From positions 10,850,001 through 10,914,000 of the forward strand of contig CM069174.1 in assembly GCA_035221665.1 (NCBI GenBank): 64,000 nt of DNA, written 5' to 3'. The notes below the pieces were generated by a model that was given only the letters and a program-made list of their open reading frames with translations, had not been told where the DNA came from and did not search any database. Source of the stretch: Okamejei kenojei (taxonomy: Eukaryota). The translations under genes were made by a program, and so were the position numbers. This document shows, in pieces, positions 25,830-39,100 of the stretch. Position 1 is the stretch's first letter. Each line of letters begins with the position of its first letter.

Positions 25830-26373
25830 ACGTATACCAGGATAGAGGTATTTCAGCTACCAGGTTAGATTGGAGAAGCTGTGATGGTCAAGGGATTTTA
25901 TCAGTGTACAAAACTGTTTAGATAGTGTAAGTAGAAGGAGAGTGTACTCATTAGTAGTTGCTCCAAGAATCAGGACACATGATTTTAAACTTTGGGAAAA
26001 AGGGTCAATGAGTGGGGTGGAAACATTTTAATGCAGAATGGTTATGCTGTGGAACTCGTCACATGTTCGGGTGCTGGAATTGGTCCTGGTTTGTGTAGCA
26101 AGATACCGTGAAAAACTCTTTTGTATACCATCCAAGCAGTACATTTTGTACATGAGAAAGTAGCTGAGAATGCCACAGAAGTTGAGCCCAGTTCATTGGC
26201 TATATTTAAGAGTGAGTTGGATGTGGCCCTTGTGGCTAAAGGGATCAGGAGGTATGGAGAGAAGGCAGGAACGGGGTACTGATTGTGGATGATCAGCCAT
26301 GATCACATTGAATGGCGGTGCAGGCTCGAAGGGCCAAATGGCCTATTCCTGCACCTATTTTCTATGTTTCTAT
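25830..26373 (+). mobile_element. Old CR1 remnant plus a young CR1 3' tail (26170-26373)
   Basis: Tail nearly identical to 34710-34920, ending TTTCTATGTTTCTATG. Confidence 0.75.
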
Positions 26374-26890
26374 GAGCGCAACAGGCAGTGCAAAAGAGAT
26401 AATTAACAACGTGCAGAATCTGGTGTGACAGCCACAGAGAAAATACAGATAAAGGGAAGAAAAGTGCACGGGCCACATCGCAATAGATTTGAAGATCAGG
26501 AGTTTGTCCCTAGTATGAGAGATCTGTTCAATAGTGTAACGACGGCGAAGCTGTTCCCTGCTGTCATCGACATAGAATAGTCAATCTGGGCTATAAAAAT
26601 GGAATTGGATAGGAAAAGGCAGAAAGATTTTCAGAGCTTTGGGGAAGGAACTGGGGAATAAGATCAATGACTGTGCTCTGCATGAATTGCTGCCTCTTGT
26701 GCTGTTTTGATTCTGATTCGTCCAAACCATTTCAACTATTTGAATTAAAATACTGTCCAGCAGATGGCAGCATTGATGCAGCAATCTGCTGCGTTTTTCC
26801 CCCAAATGGCCTTTTGGAGCAAGCTGATTCTAACCTACAGTACCTTTTTCTATTCTGAAAATCTAACCATTTTCTTTATTTCTACAACAG

Positions 26891-26916
26891 ATTTGGTCTA
26901 CCTATTGCAGCAAAAG
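26891..26916 (+). CDS. SARNP: SARNP exon 7/11 (26-nt micro-exon)
   Basis: acag|ATTTGGT...AAAG|gtaag; (R)FGLPIAAK. Confidence 0.88.
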
Positions 26917-27400
26917 GTAAGAACAAAATCACTCTGTTCCCAAAATTGTAGATGGTATTAAACTTAGAATTCACCTGAGAAACAAAACCAAGAGCAGCAA
27001 CATCTTCCAACCTCCCCCAAACTTAGTAAACTTGGTGTCAGTGTATTTAAAATAGTGATAATGTCAGTGACTGGTGGAGGAGAAATAACTAATATGTATA
27101 ATGCACATTTTTCCCTTCTCAATATATCCAACAAAATAGATTATTTGTTCCAAGATTAAAAAAAAAATCTTTCTGTTGGACCTGCATTAAATTGTTTTTC
27201 TTGCTGTTGCAATTTAAATTATAATACCCCATATTATTCCAGCATACTTAATCTATGCAATGCAGTACTTGGTGTCAATGCTGCACAAGGCCATTAAAGA
27301 CATGACCATACAGTCAATGTTTGAGCATGTCCTTACTGTTCTCATGCCTTAAAATGTTGCCCAAGCTGATGTGTAAAAATTGGTAATTTTTCTTTTTCAG

Positions 27401-27426
27401 GTACTGCTGGAAATACTAAAACTGTG
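27401..27426 (+). CDS. SARNP: SARNP exon 8/11 (26-nt micro-exon)
   Basis: tttcag|GTACT...GTG|gtaag; (G)TAGNTKTV; restores phase 0. Confidence 0.85.
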
Positions 27427-28093
27427 GTAAGTTTATGAATATACATCCCATCAGTCCTTTATCTCGTCCGTTCTGCATCAGCATTTTTGAGTACTTGATC
27501 TATTCCCTCCACTTTGTGCTCCTATGGAATCAAATATGGTAACAAATAAATTGTTGGAAAGAACATTGTCCAGTGTTTAAAATGGCTTCCATTTGGAATA
27601 GCTTGCAACCTGTGGTCTAAAGGTGGAGTCCATCATATGCAACAATGCTCTAACCTGAATTGACCTTTATGAGTATATGAATTTACATGTATTTGTATAA
27701 GCACATCATTTACAGTCATATGAATTCCAATATCTATTTCAAATTGATCTTAAAGGCCTCTCAGGTTTTTCATCCTTGTTTCATCTCCTGCATTTAATCT
27801 TTGTGTGTGTTCCTGTGCAATCCATTGTAAGATCATCCACATCCAAGGCACAGCATAACCATTGTTTTTCATCTCAATGCTTCAATGTCTGGCTTATGCA
27901 TATCATTTTTTTTAATTGTCCCACGATTTGTGGCCATACACGTTATTAACCCTCCTTTTAAAGGTGCATGTTAGTGTATTATAGGTGGTGAAAGCAGGCG
28001 TTATTCTGACCATATTGGGAGGGAGAAGTACAATTTAGCTAGACTGCAATACATCAAACTTAAATATTCTGAGAGATGACTCTTAATTTTCAG

Positions 28094-28162
28094 ATCAGTG
28101 CAGAAAAATTGAGAGAGAGGGCTGAAAGATTTGGTATGAATGTTTCGTCACTCTCAAAAAAG
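28094..28162 (+). CDS. SARNP: SARNP exon 9/11
   Basis: tcag|...AAG|gtagg, 69 nt; ISAEKLRERAERFGMNVSSLSKK. Confidence 0.95.
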
Positions 28163-30309
28163 GTAGGTGCCACCTCTCAATTTAAGATGCAAATTGGGTT
28201 TTTTTAGTTGGAACTTATTTTCATGCAAGGGCTGGGAAATGGTTGAGTTGCAATTGTTTTAAACAGATAGGCTTAATTTCCAAATTTTGTTCGCTTTTCC
28301 TCCTTTTCATATTGCTTTGTCGTGAACAGCTTCCAAACTAAGCGGAGGGGATGGGCCCCTTCAGCAGTCACTGAGAGGAAGGCAACTTAAAAACATTACT
28401 TGCAAAGAAATGGCACACCTCAGCAGGATGTAAATTCCATTTATTATTTTAATGGCATTTGCACATATTGATTATGAAGAATTGTAGTGGAGGTTCTGGC
28501 TAATAGACTTTTGATTACATGTGTTTGTCTTGATGAGCTTTGAAGGAATTTTGAATGTGTTCGCTACAGATAAGTGTTCCTGGGTCATGGGATACACTTA
28601 TGAAATCATTCTCGGATATTGATGTTATTTGCGTTACTGAAACCATTTATTAGATAATGTATTGTTCAAGCTTCACAAACCTAATGAGAGAATAATGAGT
28701 AGTAGAGCTTTGTTATAATGCTGTTGCAGCGCAAAACAGTAACTGAATTTGTCAATCCCGTCTGTTCCATTTAATAATTGGAGGCGTGTTGACTCTTACG
28801 TCCAATTACTCGTTGCTAACCCGAGTCTGTTGTTCTATTGGAATCTAATTAGCGTTTACAACTGTTGCTGATGCACCTTACAGTTACAATATTTGTTTGA
28901 AGGTTTCCAGTGACCAAAATATATAAATAATACCTCAGAAAATATATATTACACCTAATGTTGTGCATTTTGCAAAGTGCTGGTTGTGGTATTGCTAGTT
29001 GAGTGTGATGAGTAATGTTGATTTGATGCATGGCAGAAAGGAGGGGATGGACAAATTTGGCTTGTAGGTTGGAGATCACCTGTCTTTGCCAGACTGGCTA
29101 ATTGTTTAACACCTACTGTCTTTTTTCCAACCAAGTTTAAAAGTTTAATTATCATAAGGTGTTTGAAATTTTGTCCCCATTTAGACTCCTTGCAGCATGT
29201 TGTGAGATAATGACCCTCTTGCTTTACACTGAAACCACACTTCTCTGCATTAAATATCCACGTTGCCATTACTTTTGAAACTACACATATTTCAGCCATT
29301 ATTCCATTTCGTACATGCAGTGAATGTAAACTTTTATTATGCAGCACACTTCAATGGGCTCCATCTGTCACCTGCGGTTTTTGCTGCCTTGAGTCTGCAA
29401 ACAATTTGGCTTTGTGTTAAGAGTACTGCTTGTGCGAGCCACTTAAGGCAACAATATGTTCTTTCTACCCCCTCCTGAGCTCTTGTGGCGCCCTCCATCA
29501 AGCCACGCTAGTTGATGTAATGAGTGTTGACAGCAGGATGAACACGACTGGCAGTTACGAAAATTGTAGCCCAGTGAAGTTGTCATTGTCATTGGCCGCT
29601 TGCTGTGCGATGGGACTGATTGTGATTGATGTGTGCACCGTCTCTTTGTCTGTCCACAGCACTGTATCGATCTGCTTCATCCCACTCCATAACACAATGG
29701 TAACTGCTTACAATGCAAACCTGAGGGTCCAGGGATTGCAATATCTAAGCCAATGAACAAAACCTGGCCATCAAAGCTAGGTGTGTGTGTGTGTACAGTC
29801 CTGCTTTCCCTCCGGCCTTTTAAATTCCTCCTCAAGACTAATTTTGAAATGAAAAAGATCCTTTCATCACGGAACTGTCACATTTTTCTTAATGTCTTCC
29901 TGTGATGCCCTGAGGTGTCAGCCTCTATGAGATGCTGAACACATTAAAAATACATTTGTGTAATTTCGAAAGTGATCGGTAAACTCTGGCAATCCAGTAA
30001 TATTAAAATGTTTTCTTTAATTGTCTGCATCCAAGGTGCATTAGCCAAAAAAAATATTCTAGTATTTGAATGTGGAGAAAATGGACTTCAACTGCAAGAG
30101 AGGCTGACTGATTTTGTTTTCTCTCCTTTCCTCTTATGACATTGAATCCTAGTGCTTCTCTCAAGATGTACTAAAATATACTTTGGGGCTATTTTGTGAC
30201 ATAATTTCCAAATGTTCCTTATGTTAGTTTTAAATGTCATTTTCTTGGTGTTTAAAGACTAATTTGCAATGTTGAGTTGACTACTTGCGTTGGGGCAATT
30301 TGAATGTAG

Positions 30310-30580
30310 AAAGAAGGAACTACAGATGCTGGTTTACAATAAAAGAAAGTTCTAGATTAATTCAGCGGGTCAGGCAGCATCTCCGGAGAACGTGGATTGG
30401 TGATATTTTGGGTCAGGACCCTTCTTCAGACTTTTTTAGTAGGGTTGGAGAGAATTTCTTTCCTTGCATTCTTTTGCCCCTCTAAATCAGTCTGAAGAAG
30501 TTTCCTGACTCTCAACATCACCTATCCACATTGTCCAGGGATGCTGCTTGACCTACTGAGTTACTTCAGCACTTCGAATC
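30310..30580. mobile_element. Inverted dimer of the short element (degenerate)
   Basis: Arms at 30310-30430 and 30488-30580. Confidence 0.7.
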
Positions 30581-31059
30581 CTTGCAACTTGACAAGGATT
30601 TGCTTTATGCAAGTTATTTTTGATGGGGAGTGCTAGTGAATTAAATTGAGGTTGCTTTATAATTTATATTATAAAAACAAATAATAATCTCCAATGGCCC
30701 TCTGTGTTACATGGGCCTTTAGTTTCTCAGTGTAAGTTGCATTGATGGAAGTAAGTGCAAGAAAGGAAGTTTACATTGCCACAAAGTAAATTCTTTATCA
30801 CCAGTGCGGTTTAACCAACATCATGCATACAGTGCGGAAGAATTTATTTGGTGTAAAAACTTTGCTCCTGTTTGAGAAGCTGCTTTTCAAATTCAGTTGT
30901 TTGGACATTTTTGTAAATAACAACTTTACACCACTTTGTGCAATGGTAACTCCAGCTTTAATGCAGCTAATGCAACAGTTCTGTTCTCCTCTCAAACTTG
31001 TCATCTGATGTTGTATAAACATTTGAAGTTTCAAAAGGGAAAGAGGTTACATTGAATCC

Positions 31060-32540
31060 TCCTGTACTAGTTGTGTTGTCCGGGGAAACGAGAGTTTCCT
31101 GGACAAGCCCTACAGTGAGATTGTCACACCAAGGATACAGGAAGAGTGAAGATGGGTGACTGTGAGAAAGAGCAGTAAACGTGGATTGTAGGAGACCCCG
31201 TTGGCTGTACCTACTGAAAACATGCATGCCCTCTTGGGAGCGGATGACATGACAAGATTGAGTGGTAGCCGAGGCTGTGATTCCAACCCTGGTGCAAGGC
31301 TCAACGGGGAAGAGTGACGTCAGGCAGAGCCATAGTGGTGGGAGACTCCATCGTCAGTGGTGCTGACAGGAGATTCTGCGGCAACAGGCGAGACTCCAGG
31401 ATGGTGTGTTGCCTCCCTGGTGCCCGGGTCCAGGACATCTCGGAGTGAGGGGGGGTAGCCAGAGTAGTAAATGATATAGGTCTGAAGAGGAAGGAGGTTC
31501 TGCAACAAGAATTTACGGAATTGGGTAGAAGACTGAAATGCAGGACTTGCAGGGTAGTGATCTCAGGATTGCTTCCAGTACCTCGTGCTAGTGAAGGTAA
31601 GATTAGGAAGATGGGGGAAATGAATATGTGGCTGAGGAGTTGGTGCAGGGGGCTGGGATTCAGATTTCTGGATCATTGAGATCTCTTCCGGGGCAGGGGT
31701 GACCTGTATAAAAGGGATGGGTTGCACCTAAACTGGAGGGGGACCAACATCATAGAGGGAAGGTTTGCGAATGCTACATGGGAGGGTTTAAGCTAGATTG
31801 GCAGGGGGGGTAGGATCTCGTGCAGGAGCATTCAGTTGGTATGGAGAAAGGTTAGTGGACAGGGCGAGGGAAAAACACTGCACATGTTTTAATGCGGGGG
31901 GGGTTCCTGGGATTGTTGGTGAAGGAGGATGTCACGGCAGTGTTCAGAGGTGACATTACGGACGGTTCGTCTAGTGAGGCTATATGGGTGGAGCTGAGGA
32001 GCAAAAAAAGGATGATCACTTTGTTGGTGGTGTATTACAGACCCCCGGATAGTCAACTGGAATTATAAGAACAAATGTGCCGGGAGATTGCAGACAGCTG
32101 CAGGATGTTGCCAGTACTAGAGGGTGTGAGCTATAGGGAGAGATTCAGTAGGCTGGGTCTCTATTCCATGGAGCACAGGAGGATAAGGGGTGATCTTATG
32201 GAGGTGTATAAGATCCTGAGAGGAATAGATCGGGTAGATGCACAGAGTGTTTTGCCTGGAGTAGGGGAATTGAGGACCAGAGGTCATAGGTTCAAGGTGA
32301 AGGGGAAAAGATTTAATAGGAATCCGAGGGGTAACTTTTTCACACAAAGGGTGGTTGGTGGGTGTATGGAAAAAGCTGCCAGAGGAGGTAGTTGAGGCTG
32401 GGACTATCCCATTGTTTAAGAAACAATTAGATAGGTACATGGATAGGACAGGTTTGAGGGATATCGACCAAGCGCAGGCAAGTGGGACTAGTGTAGCTGG
32501 GACATTGTTGGGCCAAAGGGCCTGTGTCCATACTCTATGA
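31060..32540 (+). mobile_element. Internally deleted CR1 LINE: ORF1 esterase, partial endonuclease and 3' end
   Basis: IVVGDSIV / CLPGARV / DGLHLN (SGNH esterase motifs); SSEAIWVELR..VYYRPP (endonuclease); then directly SYRERFSRLGLYS..RGDLMEVYKI (post-RT C-terminus). Confidence 0.8.
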
Positions 32541-32609
32541 CTATTATGGGGTTTTCAATTTTTCAAATTTGTCTAGCACCATTTAAAAAAATAAAAATAA
32601 AAAATAAAT

Positions 32610-32860
32610 TAGATTTTAGTTTAGAGATAGTGTGGAAACAGGCCCACCGGGTCCGCACCGACCAGCGATCCCCGCAAATTAACACTATCCGACACACTGG
32701 GGACAATTTTTACATTCACCAAGCCAATTAACTTACAAACCTGTACGTCTTTGGAGTGTGGGAGGAAACCTAAAATCTCGGAGAAAACCCACGCAAGTGA
32801 CGGGGAGAACGTACAAACTCCGTGCAGACAGCACTCGTAGTCAGGATTGAACCCGGGTCA
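32610..32860 (-). mobile_element. tRNA-derived SINE (V-SINE/HE1-like), 5' truncated
   Basis: Reverse complement of the 58890-59180 SINE, including the B box and (AAACT)-like tail. Confidence 0.8.
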
Positions 32861-34081
32861 ATAGATGTCTGTTATCTAGATTTCCAGAAGGTATGTAGTA
32901 AGGTGCTGCACACACTCGGAGAAAATTAGGAGGTGAGTGGTAGAATAGCTAGTTATCGGGCATCGACATAAACAGAGTGGCGTAAGGTGGAAAGGTACCA
33001 CAAGGATCAGTGATGGAACATCGTTTGCAATTTGTAACTATTTGGACTTGGAATCAAAAACATACATCTTGGATGCAATCGCAGGGTGGACACAAATCTG
33101 GGGAAAATTGGGGGGAAATTATGCCAGGAACCAAAGAAACAAACGCTGGCCTTCCCACTTACTGAGTTGGAGAAAATTGCTGTTTCTGCAGAGCCAAATG
33201 TCAGGTAAGCATTATGACAGATCTGAGAGAAGCTGCCAATAAGCCCTTGAAATGCAGCCTGTAGACCTGAGGAGAAAAGGGTACTGAGAACAGGCTGTTT
33301 TGTTCCCTGGTTCCAACTTAATGTGTTGCTTTTGAATTGTAGTGTTGTTTGTTGGTATCGTCAACACTAAATAATTTCTCTTCAGTAAGAGCCTCTTGTT
33401 TGTCTTTCAAATAGCTACATAACCAAGACATGGCTATTCTGTGCTTGAGTCCCTTTAATAGGGCAGAATCCCACTTGATACCAACAGATTGTCCTGCTTA
33501 ATTCAGCATAGCATACTTCACCATTTTGAAGCTGCTTTGTATTGCACAGATGAGTGATGTTTGCAAAACAGTGAAAGCTGGGAGGCTGAATTTCAGGGTT
33601 TTTATTACTTGTGTGCATCAAAATAGGTGTATTACCAATAAACTAGAGCATTTAGAGTCTTGTAGCCATTTAATAAGGGATACTCTGAAAGTTTGATATC
33701 CAATGATATGTTTTCTATTTCTCGCTCATTGAGACATGACTACATGAGTTCTTAATGCGGTGGTGTATTATCTGCCCCACCAATGTCATTATGCTTTACT
33801 TGGGTTTAACTGAAGAATTACTTTAACCCTTTGCTGTCCTGGAGGCACAGAAACTTGTGCAATACATTAGCTGTTAGGAATCTTTTTTGACCTATTCATT
33901 TCAAAATTTTAATGATTCTTGGCCACAGGGCAATCCCAGTCCTTGGGTTTTACCCAAGTGTCAATTCTTCAGTACTGTCTGCCTTGTATTATGTTGCATT
34001 GTGCATGCCTGTTGGGCTGAATATTTCTGCCCTCGAACAATTTTGATCACAACCTTTAATGTGTATTTGTTTTTCTTGTAG

Positions 34082-34165
34082 ACTGAAGATGACGAGAAGA
34101 TGAAGAAGAGGAAGGAGCGATTCGGAATTGTGACCAGTTCAGGAGGAGGTGGAGATGATGTGGAG
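34082..34165 (+). CDS. SARNP: SARNP exon 10/11
   Basis: tag|...GAG|gtaat, 84 nt; TEDDEKMKKRKERFGIVTSSGGGGDDVE. Confidence 0.95.
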
Positions 34166-34622
34166 GTAATCAAACTAGTACAATTATCTAACACCTTGGA
34201 AACCCACCAGCTCTGCCCTTTAGATTTGTTCATAATCAGTTGCATAAAGTGCAGGTAAATTAACCTTTGGCTGTTAGTTTTAGTACTTTGAAGTCTATGA
34301 AGTGATTCAATAATGTAATATGATTATAACTGACAAAGTCTTGATTTTAATTATTTTAAATCAAAGATGAATAGACTTTTGCCAGTGTAGATTCAATAGG
34401 CGATGGGACCATGGGTGCGTGGAATTCGGATATGGATCAGCTGTGGCACCATGGAATGCAAGAACTGTCTCAATGGGCTCCTCTCATTCCTATATTCTGA
34501 TCAGTTTATTGTCATATACACCAAGGTGCAATTAAATTCCTTCTTCACATGAAGCTCGCAGAGTGGACTAATTGGATTTAATTGCATTCCAGTTAAACGG
34601 CTGTAGGTATAGCATTAAAAAT

Positions 34623-34920
34623 TAAGACCGAGATGAGAAAGACTTTTTTCACTTAAGACCGAGATGAGAAAGACTTTTTTCACACAGAGAGTGGTGAGTC
34701 TCTGGAACTCTCTGCCACAGAGGGTAGTTGAGGCCAGTTCATTGGCTATATTTAAGAGTGAGTTGGATGTGGCCCTTGTGGCTAAGGGGATCAGAGGGTA
34801 TGGAGAGAAGGCAGGTACGGGATACTGAGTTGGATGATCAGCCATGATCATATTGAATGGCGGTGCAGGCTCGAAGGGCTGAATGGCCTACTCCTGCACC
34901 TAATTTCTATGTTTCTATGT
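34623..34920 (+). mobile_element. Young CR1 3' end with a ~31-bp tandem duplication at its 5' junction
   Basis: TAAGACCGAGATGAGAAAGACTTTTT(T)CAC twice, then the CR1 tail. Confidence 0.8.
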
Positions 34921-35384
34921 TAATATGCTATAGAAACCTTCCACAGGCTGTGCATAATTTATTCCACCAGGAAGAGAATGATGGTGGATGTGAGTGTCCT
35001 GATCACCCATTGATCCATGAGTTGTCATCATGGTAGTTAGATCATTAGAGTCGATCTAATGAACAGGCTGTTCCCAAGTAATGAATGGGTTCCCTTTGTA
35101 CAGGCATCTGTAAGTCGAGTTTCATCTGTAAATACATATAACTCACTTGATATGATAACTATTACCACAGCATTGTAATGAATGGTATCAAAACATAAGA
35201 TTGGTAAGAAAGAACAATTACTATCAGTTGAGAGAAAGACGAGTGTTGTTTTGCCATCTGTAGGGAGGAATGTCAGACTTTTGAATTTATATTACGGGAG
35301 CTTGATCGTATGTAGGCATGCCAATTAGCTGGGCATTAGTAACCAGGAAACTGACGGTAATAAGAAAATTATCGTAATTGTAAA

Positions 35385-35662
35385 TCACCCCTTCTGTTAT
35401 CAAGCTTCTGAACGGTCCTTCCATGAGCTAGGGTACTGTCCGATTCACCTCTACCCCATTGTTGACATTGGACTTTGTCTCTGGAACTGATGAGCTACAA
35501 TGCTGAGAACTATATTCTGCACTCTGTATCTTCCACTTTGCTACACCTAATGCTCTTGAGTTTGACTTGTTTGCATGTATGTATAGTGTTATCTGTTTGG
35601 ATAGCATGCAAAACAAAGCTTTTCACTCTACTCTATACGCGTGACAATAATAAACCTAAACC
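35385..35662 (+). mobile_element. 3' end of a non-LTR retroelement (family uncertain); related tails at 3515-3605 and 15530-15640
   Basis: Shared AAAGCTTTTCACT...C(A/G)CGTGACAATAA(TAA)AC tail in three copies. Confidence 0.6.
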
Positions 35663-35684
35663 TTTCCAATCCTTTTTTTCCTAG

Positions 35685-35726
35685 GCAAAGAAGAGGAAAA
35701 GAGCAGAACGTTTTGGGATTGTCTGA
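35685..35726 (+). CDS. SARNP: SARNP exon 11/11 (stop)
   Basis: ctag|GCAAAG...GTC TGA; AKKRKRAERFGIV*. Total CDS 630 nt = 209 aa, with five RxxRF(G/N) repeats. Confidence 0.95.
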   Translation, partial: AKKRKRAERFGIV

Positions 35727-36167
35727 TAACACCTTGCTTTTTTTTTTACCAAGAATATTTTAAATGTGTATCAAGTAGATTTTTTTTAGGATACTTTTTA
35801 AACTGAAAATGTGCTTTATTTCCCTATTGTGTATCAGTTTGCAGTAATGGTGTTTGCAAGATGTCCGGAATTAGATGACTTATTTAATTACAACTGCTAG
35901 ATTGTACAATTGCCTCGAGGAATAAGATGCTGCAATGGCATGGACTGCGCATCACTGTTGCAGCCACGCGATAATCTTAGTGGAGCTTTGCGCAGGTACT
36001 GTACAACTGAGTGAAATTTGTTAATTAAAGAGGTTGCTTTTGTTTAAAAACAGTGCAAGCTGGAAAAAAAATCTGATTTGTAAATGAAAGTGCACGTGAT
36101 TTATTTGTCGTGATACTATTGCCACACCATGTTTTTAAACATTTAAGCAAATTAAAACCCTGATAGA

Positions 36168-36189
36168 CGGGGGGGGGGGGGGGGGGGGG
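36168..36189. repeat. Poly-G run downstream of the SARNP stop
   Basis: Directly visible. Confidence 0.9.
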
Positions 36190-39100
36190 TGAATAAGATT
36201 GTGGGAACATCTTCAATATGGACTCTGCCAGACACATGATGGAAGTAGTTCTAGAAATAAGGCTACTTGGAGAAGATGCACCACACAACCTATTCCTCAG
36301 CCCGGTGTGGAATATTTCAATTCTATTGAACACAAAGGGGTAGTAGATATGTGATTTTGTTTTATATATATATATAGAGAGAGAGAGAGACAGATGGTGG
36401 TTAATATTTTCTGATATTTGAGTGTTGGCATCAGAGGAAATGGGTTTAGAGATGTTGGTTACCATTGTATACATCAATTGCCATCCATCTGATTTGTTTC
36501 CTAATTTATACTGCATACCACATGACTCGGTCATTATTCATTCTCTTTCCAATCCAAAGGTGGTGAAAACCTGATGACCAGGGTAACTTAGTTTAAGACA
36601 TAAGTTGTACCAAGATTGTGCACAGGTATTTGTCTGATCATTGTACACTCCCTGCTAGCTATGTTTTCTAATATAAACAACTGAAGTAATTGAGACTACA
36701 AGCTTGTGTGTGCAATCAAGAAATGAAGTTGATTTTGTGTCTCATTTGCTTCATTGTTGGCTTTACTTTGATCATGGCAACCAGCATCAAGTACTTTTTT
36801 CCATTTTTAATGGTGGGATTTTTTTTTTTAATGTTCCACTGAGTTTTGTTTATTTTGCTAAAGAGCAAAAGGGACTAATGACAGGTTAGCTGGTCCGTGG
36901 GGAATTGGATAGTAAAATAGCATTGGGTGATATCCAGTGTGTCGTGTACAGACATGAAATAACCTGCTAAATCCTGTTGTGCAGCATTTTCATTTTGAAA
37001 TTCAGGTGGCCCAAAGCATTTTAGTCTGCAACCACCTAACTATCCATTAAGAAAAACGTGACATTCCATTCTCTCATTTCTTTCCAACTCTGTCTTCGAA
37101 CAGGCCTTGATTTACTAGAACAATAAATATTTGATCATAATGGGTGGTATGTGATATAAACCTGGTGACTTGTTTCCTACAGACTGGCAGGTAGTGTGAT
37201 GTGATGTAAAACTCCTTGTCTAAGCACCATTTCACATTGAACTACTTGATAAAAATTTGCAATTTTCATGTTAGATGTATCCACACACGTGAATAGTTTG
37301 AATTGTAATTGGTTTAAAGCTTGTTTCCTCATTTGAAGAAAAAACACCCTTCAGTCCCCCAATAAAGTCAACTTTTCAAGTTGCTGGACTACATTTTCTA
37401 CAAATTCATGTGCCAATATTCTTTGTCGTCTTAATGTTCTTTGTATGTGATCTCTGATACAAGTTCTACAGTCGGTCATTTCATTCTGTCCAGCTTCTTC
37501 CATATCTGGCAGTATCATATTTGTTTTCTTGTTTACATGATATCGTGTCATACCACGCCTGGTTTTTGTTTTTGCAACAGGATATTGGACTGTAGAGGCA
37601 AGTCTTCTCTTGCCTGACTCCAACATTTAATGGCCTCTATCCAGCATGCTCTCATTGACTCGCCTGTAACATTTTCTCTCCGTTGTCCATCCGATCACTC
37701 GTGCAAATATGATGGTAAATGTTAGTGTAGTTTGCCATGGTTAGCTAAAAGCAGCTGATCAGGATCCTGTGCTTACACTGTGTACACTTGTAGCAGAGGT
37801 GACGGAACAGAAGGCCTGTGGATGCCGAGGCCATATGGTGCTGCTGCAAATTCAATCCAACGCAGCAAACAAAATTGGGATCTTCATCGTTGATGCCTCG
37901 ACCCCACAGAAAGAAAATTGTCACAACATGTTTCCCTATGTCTCAAGTGTATTAATGGATGTGGTGGAAAGTGGTTATAAAACAAACTGGTTTCTCGCAT
38001 CTTTACTGACGCCAGACAAGTTTGAAATTTTTCTTTGGATTGTAAGCATCTTGAGAAAAATGAGTTATTTGTGGGGTATTGGCATACAGCACATGATTGC
38101 CTATGGTTTAGCACTAATTAGGTAACCTTTATCTGAAGATCAGAAGGTGGGTTATACGGGAAATGGGGAAAACATGCTCTTGCGATAGGATGCTTTTTAA
38201 TTTTACTTCTATTTTGTCCGACTTGGGGCTTTCGAAATTTATGTTATGGAAGGAACCCATTCAGCCCATATTCTCCCTCGCATTTCCAGAACGGCCTCAC
38301 AGTGTTGAGCTATCCATCCACTTTCCCATCTGAAGAATGCCTCAGATATTCTTTGCATTTTAAAAGGGTTTTTAAATTTTGCTTCTGCCTTTGAATAATG
38401 GGCAGCTTAACTACCTGTAATTTTATTTTGGGACAGAGCAACTTTCAAATTAAATTGAAGAACTGTCCTACACTGAATCATTGAAGAAGTGGAAATGACT
38501 TGATTGCACTGGTGACAGTATATCGAAGTTAACATTTTGGCTGCATCTTTCCTTCTTGCTCGGGGAAACTTGCAAACTAGTTTTCTCCATAATGCAGAGA
38601 TTCTGGACAGTTTAAGCCGACAGCAAAGACATTTCAGATCTTTGAGATTGAAGGGATGCTGAAGAATATTATCATTTGATTAGAATAAATTAGGATGATC
38701 AATTCGGTGTTTCTACTACAGAGGTGTACTTTAGTTTGATTTCATTCTGCTATGTAAGCAATCAGTTAAAAATGCACCCAATGATTCAACAGTACTGGAG
38801 GATACAGCCTTGTTGCAGTGTGTTTTTGAATATAATGTTTGGGTAAAATAGGAAAAAAATATCACTGGTATGTAATTTAGCCCTCAAACTAGGTTCTGTG
38901 ACACATTTGACCTTGTGTAAAATACTCAAGGTACTGTTGTAACAAATTGTGGCATGTGTAGGAATCAATTTGTCATGCATTGTCAAATTACTTGCCCTAC
39001 CCACCACGTTCCTCCTGTTAAAGTGTACTCCTTCATTAAGGAAGTGGATAAATAGTAAACAGTGCTAATGTCACCCCTGTCCTCTGTTAAATGTGTATTG

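Noticed and set aside
17977-35684. Intronic snoRNAs in SARNP
   Set aside because: No convincing C/D box pair with a terminal stem or H/ACA architecture seen by eye.
37581-37714. Exon-like segment with a good acceptor and a GTAAAT donor downstream of SARNP
   Set aside because: Stops in all three frames; no support without transcript data.
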